A stretch of 64,000 nucleotides of DNA from positions 64,001-128,000 of the forward strand of contig JBBRNJ010000006.1 of the NCBI GenBank assembly GCA_038230375.1. The letters run 5' to 3'. Shown in pieces: positions 20,324 through 30,431 of the stretch. Position 1 is the stretch's first letter; the number at the start of each line of letters is the position of its first letter. A program made the position numbers and the translations under genes. Source of the stretch: Polyangiales bacterium (GTDB taxonomy: Bacteria > Myxococcota_A > Polyangia > Polyangiales > Polyangiaceae). The notes under the pieces were generated by a model. That model did no database searches. It saw only the letters and a list, made by a program, of their open reading frames with translations, and had not been told where the DNA came from.

Positions 20324-20378
20324 TCAGTCATGAAGCGTCAGTCATGAAGCATCAGTCATGAAGCGTCAGTCGTTGAAG
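20324..20378. repeat. 14-bp tandem repeat (TCAGTCATGAAGCR x3) plus a degenerate copy formed by the mglB 3' end
   Basis: Read directly: 20324-20337, 20338-20351, 20352-20365, then TCAGTCGTTGAAG. Confidence 0.9.
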
Positions 20379-20848
20379 AGGTTGTCGATGTCTTCGTCGG
20401 TGATCTCGGCGAAGGGAGAGTCCGCACCTGGCTCCTGCACCTTCTTGAGCAGGGACTCGAAGATGTGGTTGAGCTCCTCACTCGCCTTCTTCACGCGAAG
20501 ACGAACGAGCCCAAGGCTGGACCTCGAATCGAAGATCACGACGAGGATGACGCGGTTGCCAACCAGCTGAATGTGGATGTTGGCCTTCTCACCCTCGTGG
20601 AATTGCGTGGCGAACTCATTCTCCTTGAGGAGCTTCGCCATGCCGCCTGTCGCCGCGATGTTGCCAGCCGTCAGGGACGCCAGGCTTGTCGTGTCGATGT
20701 TGTCGATGTCACCGCTTGCGGCGATGAGCTGCCCATTTTTGTCGACGATGAAGACGACCTTGGCGTTCGCATCACGAACCAAACGGTCTACGACCGCCTG
20801 GATCTGATTGAACTCCTCCTCGTACATCACCATCTGGGGATTGATCAT
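20366..20848 (-). CDS. mglB: Roadblock/LC7 protein MglB (MglA GAP)
   Basis: VMYEEEF...VDKNGQLIA...TTSLASLTAGNIAATGG...SLGLVRLR...EITDEDIDNLF. Confidence 0.97.
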   Translation of the reverse strand: MINPQMVMYEEEFNQIQAVVDRLVRDANAKVVFIVDKNGQLIAASGDIDNIDTTSLASLTAGNIAATGGMAKLLKENEFATQFHEGEKANIHIQLVGNRVILVVIFDSRSSLGLVRLRVKKASEELNHIFESLLKKVQEPGADSPFAEITDEDIDNLFND

Positions 20849-20944
20849 CCGCGCCCTCCGGCAACCCTCACTCAAGCTACCCGTCGTAACTACACGACTG
20901 TTCTATCCGAGAACGTTCCTCTTCAGCAAGGGTCCGGCGAACAT

Positions 20945-21517
20945 TTAGCGCGGGCCTGGCGAAACGGGCGTTGAACGGAAGGTGTAGGTGACGTGGACCG
21001 GCGCCCCGTCGAATGGGGCCACATGGGCCTGTTTCACGGTCGCGGCGATGCATGCAAACACTTCTTCCGCGCGATCCGCCGCGTCTGCGGGGGCCGGAAT
21101 CGGGTTCTGTGTCACGTCTGCGGCAGAGCCGTCGGGATTCACTTGCCAGGTCGCCTGCACACTCTGTGGGCCTGTCTTGAAGCAGGCCCTGGCGTCCGCG
21201 AGGACAGACCCGATGCTGAAGGCCACATCGTGCCGTGAGGGCTTCGCCACGGCTGGCGTGACCGTGAGGTCTTCGTCGTTGTCGAGGATGTTCGTGGCTC
21301 GCTTCGACTCGGTAGGGAGCGTCTTCATGGGCACGAGGCCCGTCTCCTGGTCTTGCCGGTGCCTGTCGCGCATCAGGTTGATGAAGAAGAGGGTGGGCAT
21401 CAACACGGAGAGCACGACCAGCGCGATGAAGCCGTTGCGCCGACTCTGCTGCCGCTCGACCACCACCTCTTCCGGCGTGGGAGGCCTGGGCCTCTTCTTT
21501 CGCGGCGGGTCGGTCAT
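20945..21517 (-). CDS. Single-TM protein with AgmX/PglI-like (TonB-C-like) C-terminal domain
   Basis: One TM; ARACF...VNPDGS...ACIAATVKQAHVAPFDGAPVHVTYTF; ATGA overlap with the peptidase stop. Confidence 0.6.
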   Translation of the reverse strand: MTDPPRKKRPRPPTPEEVVVERQQSRRNGFIALVVLSVLMPTLFFINLMRDRHRQDQETGLVPMKTLPTESKRATNILDNDEDLTVTPAVAKPSRHDVAFSIGSVLADARACFKTGPQSVQATWQVNPDGSAADVTQNPIPAPADAADRAEEVFACIAATVKQAHVAPFDGAPVHVTYTFRSTPVSPGPR

Positions 21518-22902
21518 GTCGCGCCTCTCAGCGACTCTCCGCGCGCGAAGCTGCTGACGGCGTCGTGCAGCACGCGCACGCCCCAGCGCAGGCCGTCGAC
21601 CGGAACGCGCTCGTCGTTGCCGTGGTACATCTTCGAGAACACGATGTCGTGTGTAGGGTCGAACTTCACCGGCGAGAACCCGTAGCACTTGGTCCCGATT
21701 CGCGCGTAGGCCTTCGCGTCGGTGAAGCCCGGGATCATGTACGGGATGGGGTGCCCAGCCGGATCGTGCTTCCGCAAGATGTTTGCAAGATGCACGTACA
21801 TCTCGCTGTCCGTGGTCGTCTCCACCGGCGGCGCGGAGTTGAAGACCGTGAGGGTCGCGTCCTCCTGCATCACGTCGCGCAGCTCCGACAGGAACGAGGC
21901 CTCCGTCTGCCCAGGCAGCGTTCGCCCGTCAATTTCCAGGGTTCCCGTGCTCGGGATGACGTTCACCTTTGCGCCCGCGCGCGCCACCGTGGGCGACGCC
22001 GTGTTGGACAGCAGCGGCGAGAACGTGCGCTTCATGGCAGGGTCGCGCAGCACGTGGCGGATCAGGAACGCCGCCACCTCGGTCTTCTTCAGCCGGGACA
22101 CAAGCTGCTTCTGGGGCGACGGAAGCGCGCGCGCGATCTCCTCGAAGAAGGTGCTCACCACCTTGGTCGGGTGCACGGGAAAGTGCTTCTTGCCCAGCCG
22201 CTCGATCGCGCGACCAAGCTTCACCACGGAGCTGTTGCGATCCGGCATGGAGCCGTGGCCGGTGTCGCCCGAGAACGTGGCGCGCACCCAGACCGTGCCC
22301 TTCTCGGCCACCTGGATTGGATAGAACGTGCGCCCCAGCATGTGCTGCGAGAACGCACCGATCTCGCCAAGCATGTATTCTGCACGTATCAGATCGGCGT
22401 GGTCATCCACCAGGAAGTGCGCGCCCAGCTTGCAGCCCGCCTCTTCATCCGCGACCCCTGCGAAGATGACGTCGCGCTCGAGCGGCTTGCCGGCGTCTGC
22501 GTTCGCCTGCAGGAGCCGCATCACGCACGCGCTCATGGCCGCCATGTGCTTCATGTCGATGGTGCCGCGGCCCCATAGATAGCCATCGTGGATCTCACCG
22601 GCGAACGGCGGGTGCTTCCACCGTGTCTCGTCGGCCTCCACCACGTCCAGGTGCGCGTTGAGCAGGATCGGCGGCTTCTTCCCGGTCCCGCGCACGCGCG
22701 CGACGACGGACGTTCGTCCCTTCTCCTTCTCCAGGAGGGTCGGCTCCATGCCCGCGCTCGTGAAATACTCGGCCAGGAGCTCCGCCGCGGGGCGCTCGTT
22801 TCCGTCCCCTTCACCGCGCGTCCCGCGGTTCACGGTGGGGATCCGGATGAGGTCGGAGAGGAGCGAAACGCACGCATCCCCCTCCTTTTCCCAGTCGATC
22901 AT
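21514..22902 (-). CDS. M20/M25/M40 family metallopeptidase
   Basis: AHLDVV, GRGTIDMK, ADEEAG, GHGS, GFTDA, HGNDER. Confidence 0.93.
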   Translation of the reverse strand: MIDWEKEGDACVSLLSDLIRIPTVNRGTRGEGDGNERPAAELLAEYFTSAGMEPTLLEKEKGRTSVVARVRGTGKKPPILLNAHLDVVEADETRWKHPPFAGEIHDGYLWGRGTIDMKHMAAMSACVMRLLQANADAGKPLERDVIFAGVADEEAGCKLGAHFLVDDHADLIRAEYMLGEIGAFSQHMLGRTFYPIQVAEKGTVWVRATFSGDTGHGSMPDRNSSVVKLGRAIERLGKKHFPVHPTKVVSTFFEEIARALPSPQKQLVSRLKKTEVAAFLIRHVLRDPAMKRTFSPLLSNTASPTVARAGAKVNVIPSTGTLEIDGRTLPGQTEASFLSELRDVMQEDATLTVFNSAPPVETTTDSEMYVHLANILRKHDPAGHPIPYMIPGFTDAKAYARIGTKCYGFSPVKFDPTHDIVFSKMYHGNDERVPVDGLRWGVRVLHDAVSSFARGESLRGAT

Positions 22903-23013
22903 GGGCGCACCCTAACGCAATTTGCGTTTCTTCGCGTTCCGGAGCAACTTCTCCCCCGGGCGGCCGATGGGCGTCCTGGAAGACGACTTCCCATTCGCTT
23001 GACTGGAGGCCTC

Positions 23014-24213
23014 GTGAGCACCGCATCCACCGCCGCAACCGTCCTTGGTCTTGCCAGTGTCCTGGCATTCATCGCCCTCACCCCCATGGGTTGCAAGGAC
23101 GACCTCCTTGCCCTTGACGACGCAGGCGCCGCCGACGCTGGTCACGACGCGAAGTTCGACGCAGGGCTCCCCATGCTCCCGTTCGCGGCCGCGAACCTGT
23201 CCCCGAAGTTCTTCTTCAACAGCGTGGCTGACATCACCGTCGCTGGCGATTGCGTGATCGACACGGACATGGGCACGTCCTCGTGCTGGGACTTCGACAC
23301 GGTCACCTTCCAGACGGAGCAGCAGTACGCACCGGAGGCCGGTGTGACCTCTCTCCCGGGGCTTGCGGTCTTCTCCATGGGATCGCTCGACGTGTCGCAG
23401 GACGCGCAGGTGAAGGTGGTGGGCGCGCGCGCGCTCGTGCTGGTCACGTTGAACAAGATGACCATCTCGGGAACGATCGACGTGTCCGCGAGCGACACCA
23501 CTGGCGGGTCAGGCGGCTTCAGCGGCGAGAAGAACCCGAACAGCGCAGGCCGCGGCTTCGGTCCCGGCGGCGCACCCGACTCCGTGGCCCATCAGGGTGG
23601 CGGGGGCGGCTCGCTCTGCGGCAACGGCGGAAACAAGACCGGGGGAAAGCCTGCGTACCTGTCGACCATCATGCCTCCGCTCGTCGGCGGCTCATCGGGA
23701 GGCAGCGGGTTCGCGAGCGGTGGCGGCGGCGGCGGCGCGATCGAGCTTGTCTGCGGCAACATTCTCACGCTCAACAAGCAGTCGCTCATTCGCGCGAACG
23801 GCGCCGGCGCTGCGTTCGGTGGCGGTGGTGGTGGCTCGGGTGGTGCGATCCTCATCGACACGTTCGCCATGAACGAGTTCGGTCCCTGTATCGCCAACGG
23901 CGGCGGCGGCGGCGCAAACACCTCCTCGGGAGATGTCACCATCGCCCAGGGCGCGCCGGGCAGCGACACCACGACGCCTGCACCAGGTGGCAAGGGCGAG
24001 AACGCGGGCGGCGCTGGAACCGGCGGTGCGATGTCGGTCGGCGGCGATGGCGTCTACGACACGCCGACTCCCGGAGCCACGCTGGGTGACTACAGTGGCG
24101 GCGGCGGTGGCGGCGCGGGCCTCATCCACGTGCGCTTCCGCCAGGCCGGCAACGCGCCTGGGCCCGCATCCCCGAACGCGAGCCCCTGTTACGTACGCGA
24201 GCTCGCAAAGTGA
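23014..24213 (+). CDS. Glycine-rich lipoprotein
   Basis: GGAGG SD before GTG; LTPMGC lipobox; repeated GGGGGGSGGAI(L)-type beta/Gly motifs. Confidence 0.8.
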   Translation: MSTASTAATVLGLASVLAFIALTPMGCKDDLLALDDAGAADAGHDAKFDAGLPMLPFAAANLSPKFFFNSVADITVAGDCVIDTDMGTSSCWDFDTVTFQTEQQYAPEAGVTSLPGLAVFSMGSLDVSQDAQVKVVGARALVLVTLNKMTISGTIDVSASDTTGGSGGFSGEKNPNSAGRGFGPGGAPDSVAHQGGGGGSLCGNGGNKTGGKPAYLSTIMPPLVGGSSGGSGFASGGGGGGAIELVCGNILTLNKQSLIRANGAGAAFGGGGGGSGGAILIDTFAMNEFGPCIANGGGGGANTSSGDVTIAQGAPGSDTTTPAPGGKGENAGGAGTGGAMSVGGDGVYDTPTPGATLGDYSGGGGGGAGLIHVRFRQAGNAPGPASPNASPCYVRELAK

Positions 24214-24217
24214 ACGC

Positions 24218-25099
24218 GTGAGCGTCACGCGGAGCGCCAAGCAGATCGCATCGTGCTCGCGGGGGTTGCTCGATCGCAATCTCGCATCGCCAGCATCACT
24301 CATCGTCTGCATCTGCAAGGACGACGCGGAGACGCGCGGGGCGTGGTCGCACACATCAGGCTTTGCGCGCGGCGGCGGAGGCGGCCCGATCTCACTCGGG
24401 CGCGGAAGTGTGTATGTTGCACTTGTTTTGCAGCACGCTGCGGCGCTGATCCCGGACGCCGACCCGCCGCGCATCGTGAACCGCCACGTGAGGCCGCTCC
24501 TTGGCGCGCTGGGAAAACTGGGCGTTCCATCGATGTACGGAGGCCGAGATTTCATCGCGAGCCGCAAGTCCCCCATCGCCTGGGTGGGCTTCCAGCACTC
24601 GGTGGACACGGGCCGCGCCGCCTTCGAAGCCATCATCGGCGTCGACTCGCCGATCGCAAGAGCCCCCCGCCGATCGTTCCTCGACCGGGTCCCCAGAAGC
24701 CTCCAAGATCTGGGTTGCAAGGCCGACGCGCAGACGATCGCGAACAGAATCGAAGCGGCCTACGTCGAGGTCGGGGCGAAGGCGGAGGTCAAAGTCGAGG
24801 TCGAGGTCGGTGTCGAAGTCGAAGTTGAAGTCGAAGTCGAGGTCGAGGTCGAGGTCGAAGCCGAGGTCGAAGTCGAAGTCGAAGTCGGTGTCGTCGGCGC
24901 GCGCCGTGTCGCAGGCCTCATCACCGTCTACGGCGATTTTTACGCCTCCCGCGAGCTCGTCCCTCGCATCCACGCTGGCCTCGCTTCGGGCCTCCCGGTC
25001 GACGACTGTCTTGCGCAGGCCGTCTCCGGTGCGGTCCTCTTCGGACTGCCTTCGACTGAGCCGCTGGCCCGCGTGATCACCGCTGCGCTGCGCCGTTGA
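24218..25099 (+). CDS. Divergent lipoate-protein ligase (BPL/LplA/LipB fold)-like protein with an in-frame (VE)n tract
   Basis: RGGGGGP...GSVYVAL, YGGRDFI, C-terminal ITVYGDFY. Confidence 0.6.
   Translation: MSVTRSAKQIASCSRGLLDRNLASPASLIVCICKDDAETRGAWSHTSGFARGGGGGPISLGRGSVYVALVLQHAAALIPDADPPRIVNRHVRPLLGALGKLGVPSMYGGRDFIASRKSPIAWVGFQHSVDTGRAAFEAIIGVDSPIARAPRRSFLDRVPRSLQDLGCKADAQTIANRIEAAYVEVGAKAEVKVEVEVGVEVEVEVEVEVEVEVEAEVEVEVEVGVVGARRVAGLITVYGDFYASRELVPRIHAGLASGLPVDDCLAQAVSGAVLFGLPSTEPLARVITAALRR
24781..24890. repeat. GTCGAR hexamer microsatellite encoding (VE)n
   Basis: Degenerate GTCGAG/GTCGAA run inside the CDS. Confidence 0.9.
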
Positions 25100-25745
25100 G
25101 CCGCGTGAAGAGCTGCTCGTCCAGCGCCTTCAGGGAGTGAAGGGTGGCATCGCAGAACGAGAACCTCGCGTGCTCTGCGTGCGCCTCTGGCACCGCGATC
25201 ACCTTCATGCGCGCGGCCTTCGCTGCGATGCACCCGTTCATGGAGTCCTCGAGCGCCAGGCACCTCTCCGGCGCCACGCCCAGCTTCGCGGCAGTCGTGA
25301 GGTAGACCGCAGGGTGCGGCTTGCCGTGGCTCTCGCCCTCTGCCGAGATCACCGCGCGCATCCGCCCCGTGAGCTGCAGCTTTGCCAGCGCGGCGTCGAT
25401 CACCGTCATCGGCGACGACGAGCAGAGCGCGATCGGAAGACCGCGCACCTTGAAGAACGCGAGCGCGTCCGGCACGCCAGGGAGCGGCTCCGCGTGCGCT
25501 GTGATGAGCTCCGCAACGCGCGTCGCGATCGCGGTCACCACGGCCGGTTGCGACTTGCCGCTCCACGGCGTGCGCAAGAACCAGTGCTCCACCACGGCGT
25601 CCAGCCGCAGGCCAGTCGTCTCCATGCACATCGCGTCGGTGAGCGTGACGCCCACGTCCGCGAAGACCTCCGTCTCGGCGCGCCGCCAGAACGGCTCGGA
25701 GTCAATGAGCAAGCCATCCAGGTCGAAGATGACCGCCTCGATCAT
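25077..25745 (-). CDS. HAD-family phosphatase, hexitol/2-deoxyglucose-6-phosphatase (HxpB/YniC-like)
   Basis: FDLDGLLIDSEPFW, TTGLRLD, GKPHPAVY, EDSMNG. Confidence 0.88.
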   Translation of the reverse strand: MIEAVIFDLDGLLIDSEPFWRRAETEVFADVGVTLTDAMCMETTGLRLDAVVEHWFLRTPWSGKSQPAVVTAIATRVAELITAHAEPLPGVPDALAFFKVRGLPIALCSSSPMTVIDAALAKLQLTGRMRAVISAEGESHGKPHPAVYLTTAAKLGVAPERCLALEDSMNGCIAAKAARMKVIAVPEAHAEHARFSFCDATLHSLKALDEQLFTRLNGAAQR

Positions 25746-27334
25746 CAGAACCGCGCCTGCAACACGAAGGACCCAAGGTGAATGTGCTTGCCCGCGGCCG
25801 TCCCACCCTGCGCATGGACGTTGTCCGTCGCGTAGTCGTACTCCGCCATGAGCTGCAGACCCTTCGTGAAATGCGCAACGCCCAGCAATCCCCAGGTCTC
25901 ACGTGCGTTCTGGCCGAACGCCAGATCGGGGGTGTACATGTCGTAGCGTAGGCCGGCCGTCGCCCAGTGCGTGATGTCCTGCTCCAGACGAATGAAGAGC
26001 GAGAGCTCCTTGCAGGCCTCGCCCGCGCGATTGCCGCACGCGGCGGCGGTGTTGATGTTGGTCTGGATCTGCGGCACCGCGAACGCGTACTTCGTGCCGC
26101 GATCCATGTTCTCACCGTAGGTGACCTCTCCGAAGACCTTGGTCGGCCCGAGCTTCTCGGACAGCGTCTTGTGGAACGCGGCCTCCCCGTTCACGGCCCA
26201 TCGCGTGAACTGCTTGAACGCAAGGTTCTTTGCGTCCACGTTCTGTCCCGTGCCCCAGTATCCGGACGCGCCCACGTCGAACGCACCGGCGTCGTAGTTC
26301 ACGCGACCAGAGAGATCCTTGCCGTGGTTGAGATCGGGAACGACGGCGAACGTCTTCTCGCCGATGGTGATGCCGTTGAGGACCGCCGCGTGCGCGGTGA
26401 GCTTCGAATCCAGCGCTATCAGCTTCGTCCGCGCGCCCGTGTCGAACTCTCCCGGGAACATGTTCTGCTCGCCCCAGCTGCGCTCGATGTAGGGGCGGTC
26501 GGCGTCGTTCTGCATGACCTCGAAGCCGAACGGGACCTTGAAGATGCCCATCGCAAACTCCTGCGTGAGCGTGGGCGTGTACCTTGCGATTCCGACGGCC
26601 TCGATCGTGCGCGCGATCGTGCCGGAGCCCGGAATCGACCCGCCCGAGAGGTTCGGATCGAAGTCGAACGTGAGCCGCATGTACTCCGTCGCGTACTCCG
26701 TCACGAGCCGCGTCCGACGAATGCGGAAGAACGTTCCGTTCGTGGTCGTGCCGTCTGCCTTCGCGGTCACTTGATTCGCGGAGACTCCTGCGGGCAGCTT
26801 TCCGCCCGTCGCGTTCGGGGATGCGGCGTCGTCGAAGGACTGGATGAGCAGCTGCGGCTGAACGTAGCCGCGGAACCGGAGGTTCTTGAGATAGCCGACC
26901 TTCTCGTCGAGCGCGTGCATGCGCGCCTCCGTCTCCATGAGGCGCTCCTCCAGCCCGCGATGTGCCGCGTCCGTATCGACGCGCGGTGGCGCAACGGGAA
27001 CAATCGGTGGCAGCGCCTGCGCCGGCATGTTTGGCGGAGGCATCAGCAGCGTTCCGCTGGTCGAGGTCGGCGTATTGGACGGGTCCGTTCCTGAAGCAGC
27101 CGCGGTGGGAGGCGCCGCGGGAGGTGCCGCGGGAGGTGCCGCGGGAGGCGCGGGGATCGGCGCGGGATCGGCGGCCTCGCCAGGCGTTGGCTCCTTCGGC
27201 TTGGCCTTGGGCTTCGAGGGCGCTGTGGGAGCTGCGGTCGGGCCAGGCTTGGGCGGGGTGTCAGCCGCGCGCGCTTGCGCCCCGAAGGTGAGCGCGGCGC
27301 ATGCAAGGAGCGAGAACGGAATCACGCGTGCCAT
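25745..27334 (-). CDS. Outer-membrane beta-barrel porin (OprO/P-like)
   Basis: Signal peptide, Pro-rich linker, coiled coil, FRIRRTRL, GIFKVPFGFE, terminal LQARF. Confidence 0.8.
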   Translation of the reverse strand: MARVIPFSLLACAALTFGAQARAADTPPKPGPTAAPTAPSKPKAKPKEPTPGEAADPAPIPAPPAAPPAAPPAAPPTAAASGTDPSNTPTSTSGTLLMPPPNMPAQALPPIVPVAPPRVDTDAAHRGLEERLMETEARMHALDEKVGYLKNLRFRGYVQPQLLIQSFDDAASPNATGGKLPAGVSANQVTAKADGTTTNGTFFRIRRTRLVTEYATEYMRLTFDFDPNLSGGSIPGSGTIARTIEAVGIARYTPTLTQEFAMGIFKVPFGFEVMQNDADRPYIERSWGEQNMFPGEFDTGARTKLIALDSKLTAHAAVLNGITIGEKTFAVVPDLNHGKDLSGRVNYDAGAFDVGASGYWGTGQNVDAKNLAFKQFTRWAVNGEAAFHKTLSEKLGPTKVFGEVTYGENMDRGTKYAFAVPQIQTNINTAAACGNRAGEACKELSLFIRLEQDITHWATAGLRYDMYTPDLAFGQNARETWGLLGVAHFTKGLQLMAEYDYATDNVHAQGGTAAGKHIHLGSFVLQARF

Positions 27335-27397
27335 GGGCCGGCATTCAATCCGTCTTCTGGGGGCAGAGCAACCAAAAGGCTCGGCGTCACACAGTCG

Positions 27398-29329
27398 TTA
27401 CGCCTTGGTCTCCCAGACGCGTGCTTCCTTGAAGATGCGCACGAGCTCCGGGTCCAGGTGCTGATCCTTCACGCCGTAGTCCAGGATGTCGAGCGCGCGC
27501 TCCACCGGAACGGCCTTCTTGTAAGGGCGATCGCTGGCGGTCAGCGCGTCGTAGATGTCCGCGATGCTCATCATCTTCGCCTGCACGGGGATCTCCTCCG
27601 CGCGCAAGCGGTGCGGATAGCCGGTGCCGTTCAAACGCTCGTGGTGTGCGCCGGCGATATGCGGCACGCGACTCAGCGCCTTGCCCCACGGGATCCGCGA
27701 GAGGAACTTGAACGTGTGCGAGACGTGCCCGGTGATCTCCTCGTACTCCTTTGGCGTGAGTGAGCCGCGCTTCACGGAGAGCGCGTCCACCTCGTCCGCC
27801 TCCAGGAGCTTGCGGGTCTCGCCGCGAAGGTCGAAGTAGGTCTCCTTCGCGAGCTGCTCGATCACCGCGAAATCACCGGCCGCGAGCACGGTCGGCTCGT
27901 TCGCGTTCGCCACGGCAAGGATCGCCGCGTCGATCTCCGCCTTGCGCTCGATCCACTCCTTGTCGAGCGCGTCCAGATCGGCCTTGGGCGCGCCGCGCTC
28001 GATCGCCGCGAGCTTGCGACGCAGGACGTCCGCCTCGATGGTGCGGAGCACGAAGTCGAAGCGCGCGGTGATGAGCTGCAGCGACTCGTCGTAGAGCTTC
28101 TTCGCCTTGATGAGCACCTTCTCGCGCACGCCGATCTTCCCGAAGTCGTGGAGCAGGCTCGCGTACTCCAGCTCGCGCAGGTCCTCGCGCGAGAAGCGAG
28201 CGTCCTTGTACGGCCCTCCCGTACCTGCATCGACGACCTTCGCAAGACCGACAGTGAGATCCGCGACGCGGCGCGAGTGACCGCTCGTGGTCGGATCGCG
28301 TGACTCGATCGCCTCGACGCTGGCCTTCACGAAGCCCTCGAACAGGTTCTGGATCTCTGCGTAGAGCGTGGCGTTCTCCAGCGAGACACCTGCCTGTGCG
28401 GCCACCATGCCGAGGAGCTCTTCGCTGCGCTCGTCGAAGGGGACGACCAGCGCCTCCACGTCCTCGCGGGTGAAGAGCTTCTTCTCAGGGTCACGCTTCT
28501 TGTTGATCAGCTGGATGATGCCGATGACCTCGTCGCGCTGCGAGATGAGCGGGACGGTGAGCATGCTCTGCGTGCGATAGCCCGTGCGCTCGTCGAAGCT
28601 GCGGTCGTAGCTGAACGGCGAGCCGGCCGGCAGCGCGTGCACGTCGGACAGGTTCAGGTGCTTCTTGTTCAGGACCACGCTGCCCGCGATCGAGCGGTTC
28701 GAGACGGGCATCGTGAACTCGTGCGAGTCGAAGCGCATGCTGTCGTTCTGGGACAGCTTGAAGCGAAGGAGCTGTGAGTTGCCCTCTCCCTCCACCACGT
28801 AGATGCTGCCGGCGTCGGCGCCCGTGACGAAGCGGCTCTTCTCGAGGATGACGCTGAGGAGCTTGTCCACGTCGCGCTCGGTCGTCATCGCGCGCGCGAT
28901 GTTGATCAGCTCGCCGAGCTCGTAGCGATACTTTCGCAGCCATTTTCCGCGGCTCTCGGCGCGTCCCTTCGCCTCCAGGAGCTCGAAGCTGCGCGTGAGC
29001 GTGAGGAAGATCTCGTCGTCCGATGCGGCCTCGTGGAGGATGCTCGCAAGGCCGCGGTTCACGGCCTGCGCGACGTCGGTGTCCGCGGGCGTGCCGAACA
29101 GCACCACCAGCGCCGTGGACTCCGCGAAGCGCTCCGTGAATGGACGGAACACGTCGCGGCCCTTGTCCCAGATGGACCCGGCCGTGAGCAGCACGATGTT
29201 GTCGTCGCGGGTCACGCCAAGGAGGAGCGGATGTGGGCGGGTGACGATGTCCCCCGAGAGCCGTGCGTCCCTCCGAAGGCGCTCCTCGAGCGCATCGAGC
29301 ATCGCGAGCGGATCTTGCCGGTCACCCAT
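27398..29329 (-). CDS. GAF + HD-GYP c-di-GMP phosphodiesterase (start uncertain)
   Basis: GAF (ADAGSIY...GYRTQSMLTVPL), GHSRRV, LLHDFGKIG, HHERLNGTGYP, DALTASDRPYKK. Confidence 0.93.
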   Translation of the reverse strand: MGDRQDPLAMLDALEERLRRDARLSGDIVTRPHPLLLGVTRDDNIVLLTAGSIWDKGRDVFRPFTERFAESTALVVLFGTPADTDVAQAVNRGLASILHEAASDDEIFLTLTRSFELLEAKGRAESRGKWLRKYRYELGELINIARAMTTERDVDKLLSVILEKSRFVTGADAGSIYVVEGEGNSQLLRFKLSQNDSMRFDSHEFTMPVSNRSIAGSVVLNKKHLNLSDVHALPAGSPFSYDRSFDERTGYRTQSMLTVPLISQRDEVIGIIQLINKKRDPEKKLFTREDVEALVVPFDERSEELLGMVAAQAGVSLENATLYAEIQNLFEGFVKASVEAIESRDPTTSGHSRRVADLTVGLAKVVDAGTGGPYKDARFSREDLRELEYASLLHDFGKIGVREKVLIKAKKLYDESLQLITARFDFVLRTIEADVLRRKLAAIERGAPKADLDALDKEWIERKAEIDAAILAVANANEPTVLAAGDFAVIEQLAKETYFDLRGETRKLLEADEVDALSVKRGSLTPKEYEEITGHVSHTFKFLSRIPWGKALSRVPHIAGAHHERLNGTGYPHRLRAEEIPVQAKMMSIADIYDALTASDRPYKKAVPVERALDILDYGVKDQHLDPELVRIFKEARVWETKA

Positions 29330-29446
29330 CGCCACCAAACGTACCAGGTTCGCAACGGCAGCGCCTACGCGAGAAACGGAAAGGCCCGCTCGGGAGTGCT
29401 CTTCTCCCGGCGGGCCTCTCACATGTTCAGAAGGCGAACGCGCGGG

Positions 29447-30403
29447 TCAGGGCTTGCCCCCAAACTTCTGCCACTTCTTGAAGAGCGGATCGTTGAGCAG
29501 CTTGTAGAGCTGCGTGAGGTCCGCCTGGATTGCCTGGGCTTGCCCGCTTGCCTTCGGCGTCTTCGCCTTCGCCTGGCCTGGCGATGTCGCGCCCTTCTCG
29601 AGCATCTTGATCAGCTTCTCGAGGAGCTTCTGGAGCGCCGCGCCCGACTGACCGCCGGCCGCCGGCTTTCCGCCGCCTGCGCCGCCGCCGCTGGGCTTTC
29701 CGCCGCCCTTGCCTCCGGCGGGCTTGCCGGTGGGCTTGCCTCCGGTGGGCTTTCCGCCGTTGCCTGAAGGAGTGTTGTTGCCGCACTTGCAGGGATCGCT
29801 GCCCGCGTCCATGCCGCCCATCATCGGCGTCGGGGGCGTGGGGGTGTCCGGTCCGGCGTCCACCTCGTCCGGTCCGGCGTCCTCGTCCGGCCCGGCGTCG
29901 TTCTCGTCGATCGGGTTGAGATCGTCGTCCATCCCGTTCAGGTCGTCGTCCATGTTGTTCAGGTCGTCGTCCATGTTGTCGAGGTCGGGATCGGTGGTGC
30001 CGGGATCGGCAGCTTCGCCAGTGCCGCCGTTCTCTCCTCCCCCGGCGTTGCCATTGGCGCCTCCGTTCCCGCCCGTGTTCTTCACCGCGACAGCGCCGGT
30101 GCCGTTGTGATCGGCGATGGCCTGCTCCATGAGCGCTTCCATCTCGTCGACGGCGCGCTGCTGGATCTTGGCGATCTTCACGAGCCTATGTCCTGGCGCC
30201 ACCATCGACGCATCACCATGCGACTCCGCCTGCAGCTGATCACGAAGCGCGACCGCATCCGCAACGGCCTGCGCCGCTGCCAGCTTGAGCGGCGCCACCG
30301 TGCTCACCGGATCACTGGGCGCACCCGCAGAGGAGTCTCCCCCGCTGCATGCCACCACCATCAAGGAACCCACCAAATAAGCGATCGATTTAAGGTTTTT
30401 CAT
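29447..30403 (-). CDS. Low-complexity lipoprotein with acidic MDDDLN and DAGPDE repeats and a basic GGKP tail
   Basis: GGAGG SD; MVVAC lipobox; 21-bp and 18-bp internal repeats. Confidence 0.8.
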   Translation of the reverse strand: MKNLKSIAYLVGSLMVVACSGGDSSAGAPSDPVSTVAPLKLAAAQAVADAVALRDQLQAESHGDASMVAPGHRLVKIAKIQQRAVDEMEALMEQAIADHNGTGAVAVKNTGGNGGANGNAGGGENGGTGEAADPGTTDPDLDNMDDDLNNMDDDLNGMDDDLNPIDENDAGPDEDAGPDEVDAGPDTPTPPTPMMGGMDAGSDPCKCGNNTPSGNGGKPTGGKPTGKPAGGKGGGKPSGGGAGGGKPAAGGQSGAALQKLLEKLIKMLEKGATSPGQAKAKTPKASGQAQAIQADLTQLYKLLNDPLFKKWQKFGGKP

Positions 30404-30431
30404 TGGGATGAACCTCCGTTGACTTCTATTC

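Noticed and set aside
22588..23013. N-terminal extension of the Gly-rich ORF
   Set aside because: It overlaps the M20 peptidase antisense; the SD and signal peptide support GTG 23014.
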